From positions 171,804,001-171,868,000 of the forward strand of contig NC_086097.1 in assembly GCF_963921235.1 (NCBI RefSeq): DNA of 64,000 nt. Reading direction: 5' to 3'. The stretch is from Mobula hypostoma. Its lineage: Eukaryota. The position numbers and the translations under genes are program-made. The notes beneath the pieces were generated by a model, which saw only the letters and a list, made by a program, of their open reading frames with translations, did not search any database and was not told the origin of the DNA. Positions 53,529 through 64,000 of this stretch are shown here, piece by piece (the stretch's first letter is position 1; the number at the start of each line of letters is the position of its first letter).

Positions 53529-55325
53529 TATAAAGGGTAAAAGAGAGTTGAAGGTAGATATAGGACTAATAGAAAATGTCGCTGGAGATATCGTAATGAG
53601 AGACACAGATGGCAGAGGAACTGAATGTGTATTTTGCATCAGTCTTCTCAGTGGAAGACATCTGCAGTATACCGGACATTCAAGAGTGTCAGGAAAGTGA
53701 AGTACTGTATGTGCAGTCAAAATTAGGACTGAGAAGGTGCTCAGGAAGCTTAATGTTCTGAGGATGGATGAATCTCCTGGACCTGATGGAATCAGGTTCT
53801 GAAAGAAGTAGCTGGAGAGATTACGGAGGTATTAACAATGATCTTTCAAGAATCAATAGGTTCTGGCATTGTACCAGATGACTAGAAAATTGCAAATGTT
53901 AATCCACTATTTAAGAAGGGCGGGAGGCAGCAAAAAGAAAACTATAGACCTGTTAGCCTGACGTCAGTGGTTGGGAAGTTGTTGGAATCGATTGTTAGGG
54001 ATGAGATTATGGAATACCTGGAAGCACATGACAAGATAGGTCAAAGCCAGCATGGTTTCCTGAAAGGAAAATCCTGCTTGACAAACCTACTGCAATTTTT
54101 TGAGGAAATTACAAGCAGGGAAGACAAAGATGCAGTAGATATGGTGTACAGAAGGTCTTTGACAAGGTGCCACACATGAGGCTGCTTAGCAAGATAAGGG
54201 CCTGTAGAATTACAGGGAAGTTACTAGCATGGGTGGAGCATTGGCTGATCGGCAGAAAACAGAGAGTGGGAATAAAGGGATCCTATTCTGGCTGGTTGCT
54301 GATTACCAGTAGAGTTCCACAGGGGTCAGTGTTGGGACTGCTGCTTTTTACGATGTATGTCAATGATTTGGACTATGGATTAATGGATTTGTGGCTATAT
54401 TTGCCAATGATACAAAGATAGGTGGAGGACTGCGTAGTGTTGAGGAAACAGAGAGCCTGCAGAGAGACTTAGTTTAAGGGAATGGGCAAAGAAATGGCAA
54501 ATGGAATACAATGTTGGAAAGTGTATCGTCATGCACTCTGGTGGAAGAAATAAACAAGCAGACTATTATTTAGATGGGGAAAGAATTCAAAATGCAGAGA
54601 TGCAAAGAGACTTGGGAGTCCTTATGCAGGATACCCTAAAGGTTAACCTCCAGGTTGAGTCGGTGGTGAAGAAGGCAAATTAAATTTTGGCATTCATTTC
54701 CAGAGGTATAGAATATAAGAGCAGGGGTGTGATGTTGAGGCCTAAAAGGCACTAGTGAGACCACACTTGGGGTATTGTGTGCAGTTTTGTGTTCCTTATT
54801 TTAGAAAGGATATATTGACATTGGAGAGGGTTCAGAGAAGATTCATGAGAATGATTCCAGGAATGAAAAGTTATCGTGTGAGGAACATCTGACAGCTCTT
54901 GGGCTGTATTCCCTGGAGTTCAGGAGAATGAGGGGGAATCTCATAGAAACATTCTGAATGTTAAAAGGCCTGAACAGATTAGTTATGGCAAAGTAATTTC
55001 CCATGGTAGGGGATTCTAGGACAAGAGAACATGACTTCAGGATTGAAGGACATCCATTTAGAACAGAGATGCAGAGAAATGATTTTAGTCAGAAGGTGGT
55101 AGATCTATGGAATTTGTTGCCACAAGTGGCTGTGGAAGCCAAGTCATTGGGTGCATTTAAGACAGAGATTGATAGGTTCTTGATTAGCCACAGCATCAAA
55201 GGGTATGGGGAGAAGGCAGGGGAGTGGGGATAACTAGAAGAATTGGATCAGCCCATGATTGAATGGCAGAACATACTCGATGGGCCAAATGGCCTATTTC
55301 TGCTCCTATATCTTACAGTCTTATG
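53529..55325 (+). mobile_element. CR1 LINE RT and 3' end
   Basis: NYRPVSLTSVVGKLLESI, QHGFLKGKSCLTNLLQFF and VPQGSVLG, plus the CR1 tail. Confidence 0.92.
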
Positions 55326-56280
55326 ACTGTGTGACTACGTACAGTTCCACTTCTGTTTTTAAGTCTGCTGACAACACTGCTGGTTTTGGTCGAATCCAAC
55401 ATGGTGTTGAATTGGCATACAGGAGGGAAATTGAAAACATGGTTAAATAGTGTCACAATAACAACCTATAGCTCGACATCAGCAAAATTACAGAGCTGAT
55501 TATTGACTACAGGAAGAAAAGCTGGAGGTCTATGAGATAGTCCTTATTAGAGGATCGGAGGAAGAGAGGGTCAGTAATTTTAAATTCCTTGGCATTATTA
55601 TATCAGAAGATCTGGCCTGGGACCAGCACATAAGCGCCATTACAAAGAAGACACAACAGTGCCTCAACTTGAGTAGAAGTTTGCGCAGATGCAGCAGGCC
55701 ACCTAAGACTTTGAAAAGCTTCTATAGATGCACACTGGAGAATATGCTGACTGATGCATTATGGCCTAATATAGAAACATCAATATCCAGGAATGGAAAC
55801 ATCTACATACTTTGGTGAATACGGCCCAGACCATCACAGGCAAAGCCACGAAGCACATTTACAAAGCGCACCACCACAAGAAAGCAGCATCCTTCGTCAA
55901 GGGCTCCCATCACCCCGGCCATCTCACAGCCACCATCATGCAGGAGGTACAGGAGCCTTAGATTCCACTCCACTTGGTTCAGGAACAGTTATTACCCTAC
56001 AACCATCCTGGCTGGCTCCATACACTTCACACACCGGGGCTCAGAAATGATTCCACAACCTACAAACTTAATTTCAAGGACTCATGTTCTCGGTTTTATT
56101 TATTTATTTGTTTATGTTTAATTGCACAATCTGTCTTCTATTGCACATTGTTTGTCTGTCAGTCTGTGTTTATACATAATTTTTCATAAGTTATATTATA
56201 TTTGTTTCCCTTTCAATGCCTGCAAAATAGCAGGTAGAATATGGGTAACACAGTGTACAGTACTTTGTTAATAAATTTAC
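55325..56280 (+). mobile_element. Rex-Babar/L2-type LINE 3' remnant
   Basis: FKSADNT (degenerate FADDT), ELIIDYRK and FKFLGI.ISEDL.W. Confidence 0.7.
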
Positions 56281-56568
56281 CTTCACTATTACGTTTGACA
56301 CTCTCTATCACGCTGATTAGTATAATGGTGCTCAGACCAAAACTCGGGCCTGAAGTCTACATAACGGAATTTACAAACGTATATTTGGCTGAAAATAACT
56401 GAGAAACTACAATTAAAAATGTGACCCAAAAGAGATTACAGATGCTGGAGGTCTGACGAACACACACAAAATGCTGGAAGAAGTCAGCAGGCCAGGTGGC
56501 ACCTATGGAGGGAAATGAACAGTTGATATTTCGGGCCGAGACCCTTCATTTGGACTAAACAAAGATAC

Positions 56569-56851
56569 GGGGCAGCACGGTAGTATAGTGGCTAGCACAG
56601 CGCTTTACAGTACAGGTGATCCAGGTTCAATTCCCACTGCTGTCTGTAAGGAGTCTATACGTTCTCCCTGTGACTACGTGGGTTTCCTCTGGGTGCTCCG
56701 GTTTCCTCCCACGGTCCAAAGATGTACCGGTTAGTAGGTTAATTGGTGTTTGTAAATTGTCCTGTGATTAGGCTCAGATTAAAAAAGGGGATTGCTGGGT
56801 GGCATGGGTCAAAAGGCCAGAAGGACCTATTCCATACTGTATCTCAATAAA
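56569..56851 (+). mobile_element. V-SINE (HE1-like tRNA SINE) inserted into a Penelope palindrome (56430-56968)
   Basis: A-box TAGTATAGTGG at 56581, B-box GGTTCAATTCC at 56624, V-domain GTGGGTTTCCTCTGGGTGCTCCGGTTTCCTCCCAC, and a CR1-like 3' tail. Confidence 0.88.
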
Positions 56852-57395
56852 TTATCTCCGCTCAGTCTTTCAATCCAGATTAAGGGAATTGACTTGAAAT
56901 GATAATTGACTAATTCCCTCCAAAGATTCCGTCTCACCAGTAGAGTTTCTCCAGCTCTTCGTGTGTTTAATGGGAATAAACAGGCATTTTCTCAAGCTAT
57001 CAGGCTTTAGCTGTTGATGTACTGCAGAACATGGAGCCTAGGGTCCAGTATTCAGTGATGAAATTCAACGTTGTATTTAGACAGCCAGTAGTCCATAGAA
57101 AGAGTATTTGAAATTTAAGACCTTAGATCTGATGCAAAACTCATGGTCTATCAGACAACATTGCCCTCTTACATTCTTCTGTCACCTGGACTATTTAAAA
57201 CAGGCTTCACAAACCATTGGAAAGATACTACCAATACTGCTTGCAAAATCCTGCACCTTTACTGGAAGTGTCAGCAATCCAATGTCAGTGAAGTGTTCCA
57301 GGCTGACATCCCTTAATTTAACACATTCAGCAATGTTGGGAGACTAAACGATATACATTAGAACCCTAAAGCAGAGAATCTAATTTCAGATCTGG

Positions 57396-57603
57396 CAGGG
57401 GTCCCGAACCTTTTTTGCCCGCGGACCAGTTTAATATTGACGGTATTCTTGCTGACCAGCCAACAGGTGGGGGGTGTTCAATTTCAACAGTGCGTGACAG
57501 GGAATGAGGAGGTGTAGCTGACTCATATCATTTCATATCGCCAAATCATATCATTTCCTCACAGCCCGGTACCAGTCCACGGCCTGGAGGTTGGGGACCA
57601 CTG
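57396..57603. mobile_element. hAT-Charlie-type MITE
   Basis: TIRs CAGGGGTCCCGAACC and GGTTGGGGACCACTG; no clean 8-bp TSD. Confidence 0.75.
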
Positions 57604-58329
57604 TGTTAGGGGAAGAATTTTCAGGCTAGAAATTCAAGAATGTACTCAAAGCTTCCTGGAAGGACTCAGAGTAAGGAGTAGAACATTTGGAATTCAGAGG
57701 AGAAGAGATTTCTTCACTCAGGGAGTGTTGGATCTTGGGAGAGGAACCAAAGGAGAGATGATGGACATGTGGTGCTGGAGGCAGATACAAACAGAGGCAT
57801 TTAATTGGTTCTAAGACAGTCACAGGCATGTACAGGGAATGGAGGGATATGGACGTTTTGGTAGGCAGAAAATATTAGTTTAATTAGGCATTTATTTACT
57901 AATATAATTAGTTTAGCACAACATTATGGGCTAGAGGGCCTATTCCTGTGTTATACTGTTCTGTTCTAATTACTTCCAGCACATCTTTGAGATGAGAGGC
58001 AATCCAGACTACCTGGAGGAAACCCAAGGTCACAAGGACATTGAGTAAGTTTCTCAAAATGACATTGGAGGTTATGATTAAACCCAACATTCTGCATGGA
58101 ATTTACCGAGCACAGACTAGAGTGCCATTGATCTGCCTTGAAACATTGGGAGTGTGTGAGGGTAGTACATTAGAGAGGACATGCTCATTTTGAAGAGTTG
58201 TCAGATTAGTTCCTCCAAAACAAGAGGAAGACACCAAAGGGTTACATTATGAAATTGCATAAGTTAGGGTTGTATCCCCTGGAACTTTCAGAGCAATGGA
58301 TGATTTGATTGGTGTTTGCAAGAAATGGA

Positions 58330-58950
58330 GGGAGGAGAAGATGGCAGCACGACACAGCGCGCGTGGCCGTTCCGAATGAATATCGCATGTGTTAACTAGG
58401 GGGCCGTGAACAATCCCGATTTGATGGAGACAGCCATGAGAAGCACGGAGGAACACCTGGAGTAACTTCTGAAATGCCCGCTTCGCTGCCGCTGCTACGG
58501 TGTGATCAAGAATCTCTGGAGGGAAGGCCCCAAATCCTCGGGGTCGAAGTGCTCGGCAGAGATGGTGCTCGGTGCTCGGTGTCGGAGAGCTGGTCAGAGG
58601 CCCGGAGTTTTTCGGACGGACTTGGAGTCGGACTGTGGTCGGATGCTTCCGGGATGCTGCACGGGCAAGTTGGCGGCGCTGGAGGTTTACCGTCTGCGTG
58701 AGATGATGGGACTTTCGACAGATTTTGAGACTTTTACCGTGCCATGGTCTGTTCTTATCAAATTACGATATTGCTTTGCACTGTTGTAACTATATGTTAT
58801 AATTATGTGGTTTTTGATAGTTTTTAAGTCGGTTTGTCATGTGTTTCTGTGATATCATTCTGGAAAAAACATTGTATTATTTCTTAATGCATGCATTACT
58901 AAATGACAACAAAAGAGGACGGTGTGTCCTCATAATCTAATCTAATCTAA
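58330..58950 (+). mobile_element. CpG-rich non-autonomous retroelement with LINE-type tail
   Basis: AAGATGGC head, 3' stem-loop GAGGAC-GGTGT-GTCCTC and (TAATC)n tail; no ORF. Confidence 0.7.
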
Positions 58951-59639
58951 AAGTTAAACGGGGAAGCAAAAGGATAAATAAAACTCATTGATCTGAAACA
59001 TTGAATTTGTTTCTCTTTCCATAGGTGTTGTCTGACCTGCTGTGTTTACCTGACATTTTTCCTGATTTTTTTATGGGGGAAAATACTCCAGTAGATGGGG
59101 TGTCTGGGACTGGGGGCAGAGACAAAATATTATCTCAGGCTTAAATATGTGTCTAAAATTCACTTCTGCATATGGCAATTGGTGCCAAGTAATTGTTAAT
59201 TTTGGTTCTGAATTGATGAATTTCTTCTCCCCAACAGTATCAAGAGACATTGGTAAATGGTAGAAAAATAGACACAAGAAAATAGGAGCAGGAGTTGGCC
59301 ACTCGACCATTCAAGCCCCCCCCCCCATTGAATATATCACTGTTCCCAGACTTCAACTCCAATTCTGGAATTGGAGGGTGCCTCCATTGCCCTCAGTTCC
59401 CTGATCTTCCAAAACATATCCCCTATCTTTAAGTACCTCCATTGATCTAACTTCCATAACCTAGTGATGAGAGAATTCCAGAAATTCCTTGCAACAGGAG
59501 AAGAAATTCCTATACATCTCACTTTTAAGTGACTATCTCCCAATCTTACAACTATGTTCCTTCAATCAATACTCTCTTGCTTCTAGAAACAGCACAACAT
59601 CTACCCTGTCATATCCCCTTATGCTCTTTTATGTATGTT

Positions 59640-60370
59640 GGGAAATTATTTTATTATTATTACATGTACTGAGGTACAGTAAAAACTCTGTTTAACATGA
59701 CATCCATACCGACCATTTCATCACATCAGTATATCGAAGTAGTATAATAACAGAATGCAATACAGGACGCAGAATAAAGTGTTATAGTTACAGAGAAAGT
59801 GTAGTGCAGGTAGACAATAAGGTGTAAGACTATGACAAGGTATATTGTGAGGTCAAGAGTCCATCTTATTGTACAAGATATCCATTCACTAGCATAATAA
59901 AAGATGCCCTTGAACCTGGTAGTATGCAATATCAGGCTTTTGCATCAGAGAAGAGAGAATAGCCAGCATAGGAGAGTCCTTTTATTATGTTGGCTGCTTT
60001 ACTGAGCCAAAGTCCATGCAGGGGAGGCTGATTTTTATAATGCACTGAGCGGTGGACACAGCTCTCCGCAGCTTCTTGCATTCACAGGCAGAGAAGTTGC
60101 TGTACCGAGCCACGATGCATCTGGCTATGATGCTTTCTAGGGTGCACCCATTTCTAGGGGTCATTCCAAGTTTCTTTAGCCTCCTGAGGAAGCAAAGGTA
60201 CTGGGTGCACTTTCTTGGTTGTGGCGTCTGCGTGGATGGATTAGAAAAAACTGTTGGTGATGTTCACTCCTGGGAACGTGAACTCTCACCCACTCAACCC
60301 CAGCTCCATTGATATAAAAAGGACACCACTTCTGGTAGTCAATGACCAGTTCTTCCATTTTGCTAACGCA
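59640..60370 (-). mobile_element. Rex-Babar/L2-type LINE 3' remnant, inserted in a CR1 3' end (59270-60600)
   Basis: Minus-strand ELVIDYQK..PFYINGAGVE.V, plus the same 3' UTR family as 1885-2100 and 45175-45570. Confidence 0.65.
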
Positions 60371-61084
60371 GTGTCAATAACCCCATGACAACATTGGAGC
60401 CATCTTATTATGCATGAATAAGATCACCCCTCATTCCTCTAAATTCCAAAGACTACAGATCCAATTTATTTGATTGTTCATGATAGGACAGCTGTCTTAT
60501 CCCAAACATTAACCTAGTAAATCTATTTCATGAACAAAGAGTCCACAACTGTGCCATGTGTGGAATCTCTAATACCCTGTACAATTGTAATAGTATTTCC
60601 TCCATTCATAAATTTCAATACCCCTACATTTAGAACACCTCAGGCAATGATCTTATTGGATGCTAGAATAGAATCAAGAGTTGAATGACCTTCTCCTTTC
60701 CCGATATTGCAATGATCCTGTGTCCTCCCTTTTAACTTCATTACACCCTTATTAATTAGAGCATATACTATAAACTTCTCCTAACTATGGCATATCCTGT
60801 CTTATTTTATTTTAATTTATCCAATATTTTAGTGCTATTTAGGCCCCTGCCATGCCTCGTTTTCTTCTGATAAACTGTCCTATTCACTGTTAAATTATCA
60901 TGTCAACCCATTCGTGTTCTTGTAACTTAAATCTGTGCATTCATTTAGAACACAAGATGCATTCAACTCACTCAGTTTAATTAGAAGCTGTCTGTCACAC
61001 TAGATTATCTGTAATCCTCCTTGTCTGATTCATGTAAAGCAGGAAACCATTGTCTCAATGTATCCTGGGTTGAGCAGAATATAA

Positions 61085-61445
61085 GGATGGGTCTTCTTTC
61101 CCTTGAGGCTATGTTGTCATTCAATTCCTGGTCCACAATTTAACTCTATCCTACCAGACTCTATCAACTGCTGCCTATGTTTCCTCCACCTATCATTTCC
61201 CAGTTTCTGGCACTATTTCCATTCTCCCCTTCTCTATCTGCCTGTCACCTGGATGCACCTATCACCTGCCACCGCTTGCTCTATTTCTTTAGACTGACTC
61301 CCCTCTATCCTACATTTCAGATGAAGGGTCTCAACCTGAGTCAACAACCGTGCTTTTCTGTCCATAGATAGTGCCTAACCAGTTGAGTTCCTTCTGTGTT
61401 TTATGTGCTGTTCCACATCCAGCATCTGCAGTGTCTTTTGTCTCC
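61085..61445 (+). mobile_element. Penelope-like element 3' end, decayed
   Basis: Pyrimidine-rich tract, GATGAAGGGTCTC hammerhead remnant and CCAGCATCTGCAG terminus, as in other PLE copies. Confidence 0.6.
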
Positions 61446-62378
61446 ACTTAACCGCATCTTCCTATCTTGCCTTTGTGATTTTAATAAATTAAGTTAAGAA
61501 AACTCAGAGTCCTTTCTCCTTCCTTCCCACCCTCTTCAATTTGAAACTCTCTTGTTTCTTATCTTCTTTTGAAAGTCTTCCACTTGAAACGTGAATTCTC
61601 TCTCTCTCTCTCTCCCCCCTTACACAAATTTGGCCTATATCCACCTAAACTTTTCCTATCCATCAAAGTGCCCGAATGCCTTTTAAGTGTCATGATTGTG
61701 TCCCCCTCCCCACTCACCCGAAAACAATCTCTGCCCCTTTCTCTGCTTCTTTAACTATCATAAAAGTTTTTACCGCTTTTGGTGGCAACTCATTTCATCT
61801 ATTCCTCTTCCCCTGTGTGAAAGTGTTACCTCTCATGTTTTTTTATATCTTTATTTTCTCACTTTAATCCATTTTTGGACTCCTCTACTCTGGGCTTTTC
61901 ACTGTAATTATACCCCTCATGAGTTTATATACCTAACGATGCCCCTCATCCCACTTACGTTCCAAAGGAAGACACTGCAGCCTATTCAATCTCTCCTAAC
62001 ACCAAAGCCTTACATTCCCCTTAACAGCCCTGTTAATCTTCTGTCCTTCCTCTCTGGTTTATGACATCCTTCCTACAGAAGGGTTACGAGAATTACACAC
62101 CATACTCTAAACATGGCTTTACCAACATCTTGTACAACTGTAACACAGCAGGTCAATTCTTGGACTCAATATTCTTAGATCCCCTCATCCACCCGCCTCC
62201 TTCTCCTCTCTTTAACAATCTAGTCTTCATTTTCTATCTCTTATTCTGTTTTTGATTTGACCCAAAATCACAATTTTCTTCCTCATCATTTTCCTGTTTC
62301 TTCCGATCTCACTGATTAAGGTGTCAGACGTTGCTGTGGGCCACAGATGCCCACAGTGCCCTTGCCGAATTACAGTCA

Positions 62379-63347
62379 GGCTACGTCCACACTACGCCAG
62401 ATAATTTTGAAAACGAAGCTTTTTCTCTTCGTTTTGACCCTCTGTCCACCCTAAAACGGTGTTTTCATCCCTCGAAAATGGAGATTTTCAGAAACGGTCT
62501 CCAGAGTGAATAAATCTGAAAACGCCTAATATCCGTTGCAGTGTGTACGGGGTAACCGGAGCTTTTTAAAACCGCTGTCACGACGTGCCGGAACAAATGG
62601 CGGCAGCGTGGCATTTCACTGTTTTCTTATTATTATTACTACTTTATTGTCGCCAAACGATTGATACTAGAGCGTACAATCATCACAGCGATATTTAATT
62701 CTGCGCTTCGCAGAACCTAACAATACCAGAACAGACGGCAACGAGACTGAAGCCAGAAGAGTTAGAAATGTACTCACCAAATACTTTGACCCATAGCTTA
62801 CTGAATAAATAAGTATACTCACTTTGCCCTGTTTTCTGTCCTTGCTTGTGTGAAGGTGGTTTACCTATTTATGCCAGTCCTTCTCTGACAATAGATGTGT
62901 AACAGCCTAATGTAACATTGTATGGAAATACAAGATAACACTGGTGTAGACATGTTTTATACATTTAACAAGGTGCTTTATTCATGCAACAGAGTTAGTC
63001 AGTTTTTCAATGTTCGTCGTCAGCCGGGTTTACCGTCTGTGAACTCCCTGTCGGTTGCCTCCATATGCTCCAGTATTTGTTCTTTTTAGTTTTAAGTCCT
63101 CCTGCGCGAGAGCCAAGACCAATTCCTTTTATGTTTTTCTACTCTGTAACTGGACAAACTAACACTAAGTATAGTTTCCTCTTCGCTTGTTTTCTGTGTG
63201 TCCTGCGCGTGCCCAGTAGAGGAGATCCGCCCAAATATCCCTGTTAGTGTGGACAGAGATATTTTGAAAAACGCTTAGTGTGTACGCCTGTCGTTTTTAC
63301 TCGAAACCGGCATTTTCAGAATGATCCAGCGTAGTGTGGACGTAGCC
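62379..63347. mobile_element. PIF/Harbinger-type non-autonomous DNA transposon
   Basis: TIRs GGCTACGTCCACACTACGC and GCGTAGTGTGGACGTAGCC, 3-bp TSD TCA (62376-78 and 63348-50), subterminal GAAAACG repeats. Confidence 0.88.
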
Positions 63348-63431
63348 TCAGTTTACTCTTCCTGCAGCAAAGTGGAAACAGCCCTCTAAACTGAGGGATT
63401 GGAGGGCAAACCCAACAAGCAGGTCCTGCTG

Positions 63432-63960
63432 CTCAATTCAATTCAAGTTTAATTGCCATTCCAATTTACATGAATACCTATGATCAGCCAAACGAGACAG
63501 CATTACTACAGGCTCAAAGTGCTAAAACACATTAACAACCCCCAAACCCACCTACTGGCCCTGACGCCCATTAAGCAAATCCGTGGGCTTGAGACCGAGT
63601 CCTCGCCCCAACACTGGACTTCCACTAAGCGAATCCATGGCTTTGAGGCCCGGTCTTTGCATAACAAGCGCATACAGAATATTAGTAAAAACACACCCTC
63701 AGTATGTATACAGTCTAGACCTCTCAGAGCATTTGAAATCTTCAGTCAACCACAGCTGCGCTTCTCTGCCCCCAGTAGAGTACACCAGCTTGGACACCTT
63801 TCCCCCGGTGGCTGAAAAACAAGCAACCCTGCAGCTTGAGGCCTGAGTCCATAGAGTGCACCAAAATAAATCCGCAATTGGCCACAACATAGCTTCAGAG
63901 ATCTTCTTCCATCAAGTGAAACCCCGGGAGGCAGTGCTAACTCTGTTCTGGATGCCACAC
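63432..63960 (-). mobile_element. Non-autonomous LINE-tailed element
   Basis: (CAATT)n tail at 63433-63445 and internal GC-rich repeated GAGGCC/GAGACC motifs; no ORF. Confidence 0.4.
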
Positions 63961-64000
63961 CACACTGCCCCCAATGAAGAGTAATGGCCTCGTTCTCTCA

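Overview
Gene-poor, transposon-saturated vertebrate DNA. The repeat mix (CR1/HER1-type LINEs, an HE1-type V-SINE, Penelope-derived palindromes) suggests a cartilaginous fish, probably a ray; this is inference. I could not support any host protein-coding gene: every recognisable ORF is a transposable-element remnant. The window holds an RTE 5' half, many CR1 and Rex-Babar/L2-type LINE fragments, a near-intact Rex1 RT, L1/Tx1 3' ends, a decayed chromodomain-bearing Gypsy element with both LTRs, two Tc1 elements, a Tigger/pogo element, Harbinger and hAT MITEs, and tRNA SINEs. The best find is a ~560-bp non-coding retroelement (32794-33356, 10-bp TSD). Its 5' end folds into a complete HDV-like self-cleaving ribozyme with an enlarged J1/2 and an unusual hairpin inserted in L3. 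Other highlights: minimal hammerhead ribozyme motifs in Penelope-derived palindromes, a Sleeping-Beauty-like Tc1 rebuilt with two right ends, and an L1 with a 5' inversion typical of twin priming. Boundaries of decayed repeats are approximate, and family names come from motif recognition, not database searches.
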